Positions 17,340 to 26,224 of a stretch of 64,000 bases of DNA are shown here, one piece after another. The stretch is from a virus. The number at the start of each line of letters is the position of its first letter. Position 1 is the stretch's first letter. The DNA is taken from the IMG/VR virus record IMGVR_UViG_3300024518_003060, positions 7,358 through 71,357 of that record. One strand, given 5' to 3'. The notes under the pieces were generated by a model. That model had not been told where the DNA came from. It made no database searches and saw nothing but the letters and a program-made list of their open reading frames with translations. The position numbers and the translations under genes are program-made.

Positions 17340-17786
17340 TTAGTAATCGCTGTCATCCATGAGCTTGGTCAATTCTTCCATGACTCCATCAATTGTAATT
17401 TCTGGCTCTCTGTCAAGCTGACTATGTTTTTCAACAGTTGACTTTTCTTCGTCGCTCCAGCCAAATCGAGCGGTCCTTGCTTCGATCTCCTCATCGGTGA
17501 AGGGAAGACTCCAATCATATCTATCAATTGATGCTTTGATTTCCCTATCATCCAACAGATTTTGGGCAATGTAAGAAACATTATCAAAATCAATAGAGCC
17601 ATCACGGAGACGCTCCAAAAGTTCACTAGCGACAAGCGTTTCAAAATCCTGATGTGATTTTTCTTCATTGCCGTCGTCAAAGAACCTCAGAAAATCTTCT
17701 ATGGGTAACTCGTACTCATATCTACCTTCATTAATTGCTTTTCTATATTCACTGTTTACCAGTCTTCTAAGTTCTTGTAAATTCAT
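17340..17786 (-). CDS. Acidic hypothetical protein (start reassigned to ATG 17786)
   Basis: GGAG SD before MNLQELRRLV; avoids overlap with the holin-like gene. Confidence 0.65.
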   Translation of the reverse strand: MNLQELRRLVNSEYRKAINEGRYEYELPIEDFLRFFDDGNEEKSHQDFETLVASELLERLRDGSIDFDNVSYIAQNLLDDREIKASIDRYDWSLPFTDEEIEARTARFGWSDEEKSTVEKHSQLDREPEITIDGVMEELTKLMDDSDY

Positions 17787-17787
17787 A

Positions 17788-17979
17788 TTATGCTCCATGC
17801 CTCCAACGAGTTGCAATATCTGCCAAGCCTTGAATTCCGATGTAAGCAAGCGAAATTGCTACCCAATCGGATGAAGCAAGAGGCGTTGAGGGCATAAGCA
17901 TAAAGACGGTTGCCGTCGCCCATACCATCAGCTTTCTTGACAATAATTTATTTAATCCTTTATCTACTACTTCTTTCAT
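17788..17979 (-). CDS. Holin-like small membrane protein
   Basis: 63 aa, LSRKL followed by two TM helices and YIGIQGLAD; SD AAGGAG. Confidence 0.6.
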   Translation of the reverse strand: MKEVVDKGLNKLLSRKLMVWATATVFMLMPSTPLASSDWVAISLAYIGIQGLADIATRWRHGA

Positions 17980-17993
17980 AAAAATTCTCCTTT

Positions 17994-19193
17994 TTATTCT
18001 GCTTTGTAAGGCGTGTTTCTTCCTCTTAATGTTGCCGGTCCCTTCACTCCACGAGAAAATGGAACCTGTTTTGGGTTGTTAAGAAAGCGAAACTTTTGAT
18101 TAGCATTCATATTGGAATAGTGATTGTTTGTAAAATCTGTGCTGAATGGGAACTCTTCCTCATCAGTCTGATTCACCCAAGGATTCATATATTCAAAGCA
18201 GCCAATATCAAAGGTTCCTCCTGGTGGATTTCCCCACGGTCGCACAGTTCCAGTTATATCAACAACAATTCCATCATATGCCGTGCCAGCGTCTACTGCT
18301 ACGCTGCTCGCCTGTATATCGTAATTTGGCGCGATTGTGACGCTGCCTCCTACCGCTGTACCATCAACAAATCCCAAACTAGCATATGTTGTGAAAGCGG
18401 AATTGGAACCTGTAGCGGCGTTCGCTGAATCAGCTTTATTTTTGAAGGCATGCCCAGGAACAGTTGCTAGATTATAATCTTGGTCATCTGACGCTATTCC
18501 ATCCCCGGCTGTTGTCGAATAAACAATACAATTAATTACTTTTGATAACAACACTGTTGATTTGCTCGTGGTGCCTCTATTAATAATAGTAGAGAAGCTG
18601 GCTGTTCCAAAGTTCGAACTATCCTCGATAAGAGGCCAATCGAGCGATGTATTACTTGAAGTTATCAAGCAGTTGGAGATCTCCATATATCCACCATTGA
18701 TTATTGGCGAGGAAATGCCCGGTTCAAAAAACATTATGCATTGCTTAAGAGTAGTAGGTGTCGACACATCTGTATTAGTGATTCTGGAGCTACCAAGACT
18801 GGGTACATCATGTACAAAGCACCCGCTCATATGAAATTTATCGTAACCGGCGCCGAGATCTTGGAAAACGTCGGCGCTATAATTAGAAATTTCTAAACCA
18901 ATATATGTCGTGTTTGTGCTTGAAGGTTGGAATGCTCTGGTTCCATCGTTACCACCCAAGCCCGTGCCATATATTTTTGGGCGTCCGAGCCAACTTGCAG
19001 TATGCTTTATTACCATATTAGCAGCAGCAGGCCAAAGATTGCCTTCGTTATAATCACCTTCATCAATAATTTCAACAACATCGCCATCAGAAGTGGCAAC
19101 CCCTAAAGCTGAATTAATTGTTAATTTAGCTCCAGAGCCAGAGAGGCCGGTGTTGACATCAAGTCCGGTTTTAGAAACATAATATGTGGTCAT
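17994..19193 (-). CDS. Parallel beta-helix (pectin-lyase-fold-like) virion protein
   Basis: TYYVSKTGLD, TINSAL...GDVVEI..GDYNE, NCLI/NCIV rungs, SVAVDAG...DITGTVR...DIGCFEY. Confidence 0.65.
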   Translation of the reverse strand: MTTYYVSKTGLDVNTGLSGSGAKLTINSALGVATSDGDVVEIIDEGDYNEGNLWPAAANMVIKHTASWLGRPKIYGTGLGGNDGTRAFQPSSTNTTYIGLEISNYSADVFQDLGAGYDKFHMSGCFVHDVPSLGSSRITNTDVSTPTTLKQCIMFFEPGISSPIINGGYMEISNCLITSSNTSLDWPLIEDSSNFGTASFSTIINRGTTSKSTVLLSKVINCIVYSTTAGDGIASDDQDYNLATVPGHAFKNKADSANAATGSNSAFTTYASLGFVDGTAVGGSVTIAPNYDIQASSVAVDAGTAYDGIVVDITGTVRPWGNPPGGTFDIGCFEYMNPWVNQTDEEEFPFSTDFTNNHYSNMNANQKFRFLNNPKQVPFSRGVKGPATLRGRNTPYKAE

Positions 19194-19222
19194 AAGTGAG
19201 CTTTCCTAGAAAATCTTTAATA

Positions 19223-19230
19223 TAATTAGA
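19223..19230 (-). promoter_or_regulatory. Putative late promoter TCTAATTA
   Basis: Motif overlaps the stop of the upstream gene, 30 nt before ATG 19193. Confidence 0.5.
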
Positions 19231-22200
19231 TTTCTTGAACAAAAGCATACCCATTTTGCTTATCGATTGTTATTTGATTGTCTACGCAATCTTTGAGAGA
19301 ATCGAGGTGGGAGACTAGAATAATTGTTTTAAAGTAGTTTTTAATAATATCAAAGATTGAAACAAGTCCATCCATATTTTCAGCGTCTAATGCTGTTCCT
19401 GGCTCGTCCAAAATAAAAATATCGGACTTTGGCAAGCTTGACACTGAAAGAAGGGCAAGTCTTATTGCCATCGCTGCTATCGTCTTTTCTGCGCCGGAAC
19501 CAAGATCAAGCGGTCTTGGATCATATTTTGGATGCTGAATAAAGATGTTAAGCTTCCTGTTATCGGCCTCAAAAAAGATATTAAAGTCAACAACATTGGC
19601 CAAAATCTTGGCTATTTCAGTATTAATCACGGGAAGCTGCTTTTTGATGATGTCATAAGCAATTCCGTTTGAGTGGGCACAGTGCATAAACAAATCATAA
19701 GCAGTATATTCTTCATTAAGTGCAGAAAGTTCTTCTTTTTGCTCTTTAAGGGAGCGAATTTTCTCTTCAAGCGAGCCATGCTCTTTGTATAATCCCAAGA
19801 GTTTTTGCTGGCACTTGTCACTTTTGGTCTGCTTTGTGTCTATTTGCTCGCTAAGAACTGTAATATGATTTTGAAGTTGTTCTTTATTTTCAATGGCTTC
19901 TTTGTTTAGGTCATATTCTTCTTGTTGTTTATATAGGTCTTCCAACTCTTTTTCAAGTAGCAGTAGATCGTTTTTACACCCTTTTTGCTCTGAATCGAGC
20001 TTGAAGGTGTCTTTTTCGGTGTCATTCTTTTTCTCAAGAACTGCTTCATATTTCTCAAGATAAGAGGCAACCTTCTCTTGGTCAAGATTATCAAGTTCAT
20101 TGTTGGCTTTTATCTGATTTCTGCCAATTTCTTGAACAAGTTGAATTAAGCTGGGTAATTCTTGTTTTGCTGCGGAAGCATCCTTAATAAACTTGCAGCT
20201 TAGAAACTTTTCTCCGCATGGAACTTCATCCAATAAAGTAATCTTTTTTTCTGTTCGTTCTTTGAGTTTTTGAGTGTCATCGAGCTTCTTTTCGGTCTCT
20301 TCTAAAATGACAAGTTTCTCATCAATTTCAGATTTTTTGTTCTTGATGTCCCCTATATCAAAGACACCCAACAAGTCCTCAATTTTATCCAAAACTTCCC
20401 TATTTTCGACAAGTTTTACATCATAATCTTGTGAGGTGTTCTCAAGCTCTTCTTTGCGTTGTTCCTCTTCCTTGATTTTGGTTAAAATGCTGTCGATATT
20501 GATCATCTGAGTTGGGATTTCAGAGAATGTTTTTTCTGATTCTTCCTTTTCTCGAACCAATCCTTGAAGCTCTTTGTCTAATACTTCGCAAGTGGTCTTT
20601 TCTGAGATGGTTTCATTTTCAAGATACATTAACTGCTTTTCAGTTTCATAGATCTCGTCATTAAACTCTCTTCCCTCAAGCCTTTTCAGGGCACCTCTCA
20701 AATCGGTGGCGTCTTCTTTGGCAAGCTTAAACTTTTTATCAAATATCTCAAGATCTAAGAATTTTGCCAGGATTTCCTTTCTTTTGGTTGACCCCTCATT
20801 AATAAACTGTAAAGCTCCAAGTTGAGAACTTAGCGAAGTGATCAAAAAATCCTCTAAGGAACCGAAATGCTTACGAATTATGCTGTCGGTGTCGTTTCGC
20901 GTGAGACCATTTAAACTTGAGGTTTCGCCCGTGTCGCAATCTTCAACGCTGAATTCTACATCAGTTTTTGCTTCAAGAGTCTCTTCGCCTTTGAGCTTTT
21001 TAACGTACTTGTCGGATGTTCTTTCGATGGTGAACTTTTTGTTACCAATTGAAATTACTGCTCTGCCCATACAAGAATCTTTTGTCTGATTAATGATGTT
21101 TAGATTCTTTCTTTCGTTCTTGGATGTACTGTTAAATATAGTATAGAGTAGTCCATCGATTACGCTTGACTTGCCAGAATAGTTTTTACCAAACAAGCCG
21201 ACGACACCACCGAATTTATTAAAATTAATTTTGTTTCCCTCTCCGTAATTAAAGAGATTGTCCCACTCAAAGCTTTCTAGCTTCCAGTTGACATTTCTGT
21301 GTATTTCTTCGTTTTCTTCAATTTGAGAGTTGTACTTCTTGTTGAGTGAGAAGATGCGTTCAAGCATTTTTTCAGTGGGTTGATAGTCTTTAAGGTAATC
21401 TTTGATTAAGCTCTCTTGTACTGCTGAATCTCTTAGATTGTCCGACCTAATTCCATCTACCAAATTTAAGTCGCCGCTGCGTCTTCCTGCGGCATTATTG
21501 AGAAACGTTACGCGCTCTGGTTTGAAGCGATGCTTTGCTGCTTCAATAGCCTTCTTCATGTTATGTAAGGGAATGTTAGTTTTGGAAACTAAACGAACTC
21601 TTGCCCCAAGCGGGACTTCTATCTTTGATGGAATTCGGCCAGTCTTTGTTAAGACAATAGAAATAAAAGGCTTTGGGTTTTCAATCGTAATATGTTTTAC
21701 GGTAAACTTGTCCCTATCCTTGATGTCCCAAATCAAATATCCTTTGTCATTGGTCTCACCAAAGTTCTGTTGGATTGTACTGCCGCAGTATCGTATTCGG
21801 CCTTCTTTATCCAACGATTGGTTCGTTTTGTGTATGTCACCTAAGAAGGCGAAGTCGTGTCCTTCAAAGATTGAAAGTTCGTCTTCTCCGCTTTCCATAA
21901 TCCATCCCAAATCGGTTTGACAATTTGATATAGCTCCGTGATAAACAGCCACGTTAATCCTATCGGAAGTAGAAGGGCGAGACCAATTCCCACGATCAAA
22001 GACACTAAGTACATTAATAGTAATTTCTTTATCAAGGTTCACCTCACCAGACTTTTTAAGAAGATGTAGATTGGGTAGTTTTAGTGCTTTAACAATTGGA
22101 GTTATAGCGTCCTGCCTACTACTATTCTTTAGATTACCGTCATGGTTCCCTAATATTATATAGGTAGGAGCAACCCCCGAAAGACCTGTTAAGAATTCAG

Positions 22201-22384
22201 AACACAATTGAACGTACTCTGGTGAGATAAAAGTTTTCGAGTGGGCGATGTCCCCACAGTGAACAATATAATCTACTTTTTCTTTCTTGAGACTTTCAAA
22301 AAGTTTTTTAAAGACCTCTCTGTACTCGTTATGGTACTTTAAATTACGAATATGTGTGTCGCTAATGTGTGCTATTCTAGCCAT
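19226..22384 (-). CDS. Fused Mre11/SbcD nuclease - Rad50/SbcC ATPase (T4 gp47-gp46-like)
   Basis: N-terminal SDTH, GDIAH, GNHD, LGDIH phosphoesterase motifs; then GKNYSGKSS (Walker A), long coiled coil, GSGAEK signature, FILDEP, VSH. Confidence 0.92.
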   Translation of the reverse strand: MARIAHISDTHIRNLKYHNEYREVFKKLFESLKKEKVDYIVHCGDIAHSKTFISPEYVQLCSEFLTGLSGVAPTYIILGNHDGNLKNSSRQDAITPIVKALKLPNLHLLKKSGEVNLDKEITINVLSVFDRGNWSRPSTSDRINVAVYHGAISNCQTDLGWIMESGEDELSIFEGHDFAFLGDIHKTNQSLDKEGRIRYCGSTIQQNFGETNDKGYLIWDIKDRDKFTVKHITIENPKPFISIVLTKTGRIPSKIEVPLGARVRLVSKTNIPLHNMKKAIEAAKHRFKPERVTFLNNAAGRRSGDLNLVDGIRSDNLRDSAVQESLIKDYLKDYQPTEKMLERIFSLNKKYNSQIEENEEIHRNVNWKLESFEWDNLFNYGEGNKINFNKFGGVVGLFGKNYSGKSSVIDGLLYTIFNSTSKNERKNLNIINQTKDSCMGRAVISIGNKKFTIERTSDKYVKKLKGEETLEAKTDVEFSVEDCDTGETSSLNGLTRNDTDSIIRKHFGSLEDFLITSLSSQLGALQFINEGSTKRKEILAKFLDLEIFDKKFKLAKEDATDLRGALKRLEGREFNDEIYETEKQLMYLENETISEKTTCEVLDKELQGLVREKEESEKTFSEIPTQMINIDSILTKIKEEEQRKEELENTSQDYDVKLVENREVLDKIEDLLGVFDIGDIKNKKSEIDEKLVILEETEKKLDDTQKLKERTEKKITLLDEVPCGEKFLSCKFIKDASAAKQELPSLIQLVQEIGRNQIKANNELDNLDQEKVASYLEKYEAVLEKKNDTEKDTFKLDSEQKGCKNDLLLLEKELEDLYKQQEEYDLNKEAIENKEQLQNHITVLSEQIDTKQTKSDKCQQKLLGLYKEHGSLEEKIRSLKEQKEELSALNEEYTAYDLFMHCAHSNGIAYDIIKKQLPVINTEIAKILANVVDFNIFFEADNRKLNIFIQHPKYDPRPLDLGSGAEKTIAAMAIRLALLSVSSLPKSDIFILDEPGTALDAENMDGLVSIFDIIKNYFKTIILVSHLDSLKDCVDNQITIDKQNGYAFVQEI

Positions 22385-23306
22385 GTGTTCTCCATTGTAA
22401 ATTCATTAGATTTTCGAAAGTCATTGGTACGGAAGTTTCGATGAGTTCTTTTACTTTTCTTTTTGATATAGAACCAATGTCTTCAATTTCTGAGGTATTA
22501 ATATTATAAACCTCAAGTCCGTGTTGTAACAGGTTGGAAACAACTTTATAGGTTTTTTTCAATGCGTCTTGGTCGAAGCCTAAATAGATTTTGGGCTGAT
22601 GTGTGACGAGCTTTTGAAATAATTTGGAGTTAACGCCCAAAGTGGATCCCAAAACGGGAATACTGTTTCTTGATTTAATAGCGTCAAAGACACCCTCAAC
22701 GAGTACTACTGGTTTTGTCCAGTCTATCAGCAAGTCATTGAAGATAATCTTGTTGGATGGCACGGGGGGTTTTTTATATTTTAACCAGTCTCCACTGTAA
22801 CTGCGAGCAATAAAATAGTTACAGTCGCCAGCGGTGTTGAACGAGGGAAAGATGATTCTATTTTTATATTTTCCTTCTCGGCAATAACCAATTTTGTAAT
22901 ATACAATGTCTTCTTTCGACATTCCTCTGTTAGAAAGATATAGACGAGCTTCTTTGGCTGAGTAGGGTAGGCTTTTATTTGCCAAGCAAATGAACTCTTC
23001 TGGCAGTTTTACTGTTTGTTCGGCTTCTGTTTGCTTGTCCTCGAAGAAGGTTTCGGGTTCGGCCATATCAATTGATTGTGTCAACAGTGACCATTGATAT
23101 TTATCGTCTTTAGAAGCGAAGCGACTTACAAGATACTTAAGGCCACCTTTCGAATCGCAGACCCAACACTTAAAGACGTTCATTTTAATGTTAAGTGAAA
23201 GCTTTTTCTTGTGATGATCGCAGAAGGGGCACTTAAAGAGTAGTTCCTCTCTGCTTTTATAATAGCCACCAAGAAAATTTACAAAAATATCAACTTTTTC
23301 TTTCAT
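22377..23306 (-). CDS. DNA primase (DnaG/gp61-like), start reassigned to ATG 23306
   Basis: CPFC..H...CWVC zinc domain, RIIFP, YFIAR, VEGVFDA and FDQDA Toprim motifs. Confidence 0.88.
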   Translation of the reverse strand: MKEKVDIFVNFLGGYYKSREELLFKCPFCDHHKKKLSLNIKMNVFKCWVCDSKGGLKYLVSRFASKDDKYQWSLLTQSIDMAEPETFFEDKQTEAEQTVKLPEEFICLANKSLPYSAKEARLYLSNRGMSKEDIVYYKIGYCREGKYKNRIIFPSFNTAGDCNYFIARSYSGDWLKYKKPPVPSNKIIFNDLLIDWTKPVVLVEGVFDAIKSRNSIPVLGSTLGVNSKLFQKLVTHQPKIYLGFDQDALKKTYKVVSNLLQHGLEVYNINTSEIEDIGSISKRKVKELIETSVPMTFENLMNLQWRTHG

Positions 23307-23316
23307 CGTCACTAAT

Positions 23317-23345
23317 ACTATACACTGGTTTGGAGCCTTTGTCAA
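23317..23345 (-). promoter_or_regulatory. Host sigma70-type promoter for primase and Mre11-Rad50
   Basis: TTGACA (23345-23340), 17-nt spacer, TATAGT (23322-23317) preceded by TG. Confidence 0.8.
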
Positions 23346-23352
23346 GTATTAT

Positions 23353-23892
23353 TTACTGTTTATTATGTTCGGGGTTGAGATTTATAAGGCCAGCCTTTGC
23401 TATGACTATCGCATCGGCAATATCAAAGTACTTTGGCTTTGGATTACCATGACTTGTATATTCTACACTAAAAGAGGGTTCGTTGTCAAGTAACCATTTA
23501 ACAATTTCTTTTTTAGCCTTTGTGCCGCGACTTATTTTAATGCCGTTGAGCTTTCTGGCCTGTTGTGCTGTATAGTATTCGGGGATCTTGTCAAAAGTTG
23601 AATAGCAAATCCAAGAGATAATGCCATTAAATCTCTGGAGCGTTGCCATTGTTTTGGCTGTAGACCCTCCAGAGCCGAAGAAGGAGAAAGGCTTCTCAAT
23701 GAAGACCTTTTCTATTGGGTATTGTGCTTTAATTTCACAGAGGTTTTCTTTGATGAATCGCGCCTTATCGAAGACGGTAGCATACTTGTTCTTGTTTCGA
23801 GTGTCCCAGGCATTGGCGCGGATTACCTCTCCCGAGGCGTCAAGAACGCAGAATCCGGTTATACTGGTGCTAATATCGAGTCCTAAAATCAT
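23353..23892 (-). CDS. ruvC: RuvC-like Holliday junction resolvase
   Basis: ILGLDISTSITG, VFIE, DIADAIVIA: RNase H-fold acidic residues. Confidence 0.8.
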   Translation of the reverse strand: MILGLDISTSITGFCVLDASGEVIRANAWDTRNKNKYATVFDKARFIKENLCEIKAQYPIEKVFIEKPFSFFGSGGSTAKTMATLQRFNGIISWICYSTFDKIPEYYTAQQARKLNGIKISRGTKAKKEIVKWLLDNEPSFSVEYTSHGNPKPKYFDIADAIVIAKAGLINLNPEHNKQ

Positions 23893-23905
23893 TTTTATAA
23901 AATTC

Positions 23906-25126
23906 CTAAATGTCTAATTTAAGCTTGAAGGTGTAATCATCATTTTCTTTCTTTCTAACTGGTCGTGCCATATGGGCAATCGCAATTAAATTTTTGTTTG
24001 AGTCATATATCCCTACTTTACTAATAAAAGTTTGCTTTTCAAACGAAGCCGAATAGTTGCTGAAAGAAGAACTAACTACATTTTTAATCAAATGGTAGTT
24101 CGGCTGCGTAAAGGAAGAAGATGAGAAAGAGAAGGACTTTCCATCTCTTGTTGTCTTATCAATGAAGGTTGGATTGTTCGAATGATTAAGCTCACCTTTT
24201 TTTGCATGTGCAAACATTGTTAAAGTTGGAGTAATGGTAGTTCCTTTAAATTCTACCTCAAAACTTGCCGATGGTGTCAAGTCATCGTCAGCCAAACCAT
24301 CGTTACAGCCTACAGCAAAATTAACCCACATTGGTCTTTCTGTTGCTGTGCCCATATCATAAGTTGCTGGTGACAAATTCCAAGATCCTGTTAATAGCAA
24401 GAAGCCTTCATTGTATAAAACGACTCCTCCGATGGAGGCCGAACCTTGCGACTGAGCATAAGTAGAGCCGCTTGTTTGTACCAAAGTTCCATCTTGATAA
24501 ACATCTTCTAATGTTCCTATTTTACTACCAGAAATAAAATAATTTAACTTAACGGAGCCTTTTTTTATTTGCCTTCCGAAAAAGATTGAAGGAATGCTAA
24601 TCAAATTACAACGTTGCAAGGCTTTGTCTCCCAGCGAAGAAGAGAAAGAATAATGGCTATTCATGCTCGTGTAAAAGTTTAAAGTGTTTTTAAGAGCAAT
24701 AATATGAGAACCAGTTGAACTTGTTGTTCCGTGATTTGCTGCGAAAGGTTCACGAACAATTGATGAGCTTAAAGGGTAGCTTCCCGTTAGTGTGTCTCCA
24801 TATTGAAATTGGTTGTAGCTGGTTGTAGAAACGGTAGAAAAGGAGTCAAGATTGGAATCCTTCGTAATGAAAGGATAAATCTTAGACTTGATGCCTGTGC
24901 CTGTATCTGGATCATATGTGTGAGCATCAAAGTCTCTATCGATGTTCATCTCATAAAGACTGATGAAGCCAGAATCAATTTCTTTTACTTGATCGGTAAA
25001 TGCGCCACTATAAGCATTTTCAAGATTCAAGTAGACGCGAGCGCCTTTAACAGAGAATTTGAAAGAGGGATAGGACTTGGCGTAGTTGATAATCTTATCG
25101 TTCTTTCCGAACTTATAATAAGACAT
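23906..25126 (-). CDS. Baseplate/tail-associated structural protein
   Basis: C-terminal ISKVGIYDSNKNLIAIAHMARPVRK; paralogous to the neighbouring gene. Confidence 0.65.
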   Translation of the reverse strand: MSYYKFGKNDKIINYAKSYPSFKFSVKGARVYLNLENAYSGAFTDQVKEIDSGFISLYEMNIDRDFDAHTYDPDTGTGIKSKIYPFITKDSNLDSFSTVSTTSYNQFQYGDTLTGSYPLSSSIVREPFAANHGTTSSTGSHIIALKNTLNFYTSMNSHYSFSSSLGDKALQRCNLISIPSIFFGRQIKKGSVKLNYFISGSKIGTLEDVYQDGTLVQTSGSTYAQSQGSASIGGVVLYNEGFLLLTGSWNLSPATYDMGTATERPMWVNFAVGCNDGLADDDLTPSASFEVEFKGTTITPTLTMFAHAKKGELNHSNNPTFIDKTTRDGKSFSFSSSSFTQPNYHLIKNVVSSSFSNYSASFEKQTFISKVGIYDSNKNLIAIAHMARPVRKKENDDYTFKLKLDI

Positions 25127-25128
25127 TT

Positions 25129-26214
25129 TTAGTAATCCAGTCTGACTCTCAAAGTGATCTCGTTTGAAGGAGCCTTCTTGAGAGGCTCTGAGAGTTTAGC
25201 TGTGGCAAGCAATTCGTTGTCTGCCGAATACAAACCAACAGTAGTTATGTATGAAACCGGCTCTTCGAAAGCGTTATTGCCTTTGACAACAATTTTACTT
25301 GAGTCAAGATAAGTGGGGTTAGAACTGTAATTGTATTCGCCAGTGTTTGCGCGGCAGAAATACATTGTAGAATTTAATTCTGTTGTGTTGTTAAATTCAA
25401 TGTCATCAAACGCATAACGAACGCCATCGGCAATTTCTTTGATTGTTCCTGACCTAAATGATGAGGAGAGGGAGTTTGTAAGAGAAGCCGCCGGGGAGTC
25501 AAGTGCTACGCCGCCCATCGGCATTTGATTTTTTACAATTGAAGATGTCAAAACGATGACACCCGCTTGATAATAAATGTGACCAACAGAACTTGAGGCG
25601 TTGGCTGCGGCAGAGCTTGTGTAAATCAAGCCGTATTCGCCGGTTGGGGAATTTACTTTAAAAGATGTGGCTGCGCCATAATCGCCAAGTACGGTTTTGT
25701 GGATGCGGCCTCCCGTATTGAGCAAACCCACTGTTCCAGTGCAATTCATATAGAAAGTAAACCTAAAGCTACCTTTTTTAATTTCATCTTTTGTTAAGAG
25801 CCTTGAGAGGGTAATAAAATAACAAGAATCCATCTTATCACCATCAGTAAGGTCGCCATCACGATCAAATTGTTGAATGTTGCCAGAGATATCATAAGGA
25901 ACCAATACTTGGGCAAACTGATTATAAATGTTGACTTTCTTTGAGTTTTGCTCAGAAAGATCTCCGAGCGAATTTCCCTCGTAACCGCTCCCAGTGGCAT
26001 AACCCGCTGTAATATCAAAAATATGATTCGCGGAAGAACTCAGATAGGGATAGTCATAGACAGATTCAAACATTCCATGAGAAAAGGTTTTAATATTAGC
26101 ATCACCAGCATAAGTACCAGAAACAATTGTCCCTGTAACCGGAATTGCTTCGTGTAGCAAAGTTTTAGTTGTTGCTATGTCGTTTGATAAAAAAGTTTTA
26201 AATGTAGATGCCAT
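25129..26214 (-). CDS. Baseplate/tail-associated structural protein (paralog of 23906..25126)
   Basis: Shared IKKGS, GE.N.S.NPT and ITTVGLYSADNELLATAKLSEPLKK. Confidence 0.65.
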   Translation of the reverse strand: MASTFKTFLSNDIATTKTLLHEAIPVTGTIVSGTYAGDANIKTFSHGMFESVYDYPYLSSSANHIFDITAGYATGSGYEGNSLGDLSEQNSKKVNIYNQFAQVLVPYDISGNIQQFDRDGDLTDGDKMDSCYFITLSRLLTKDEIKKGSFRFTFYMNCTGTVGLLNTGGRIHKTVLGDYGAATSFKVNSPTGEYGLIYTSSAAANASSSVGHIYYQAGVIVLTSSIVKNQMPMGGVALDSPAASLTNSLSSSFRSGTIKEIADGVRYAFDDIEFNNTTELNSTMYFCRANTGEYNYSSNPTYLDSSKIVVKGNNAFEEPVSYITTVGLYSADNELLATAKLSEPLKKAPSNEITLRVRLDY

Positions 26215-26224
26215 TGTTTATTCC

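Noticed and set aside
23307-23345. TTG start of primase at 23345
   Set aside because: This TTG is the -35 box of a sigma70 promoter.
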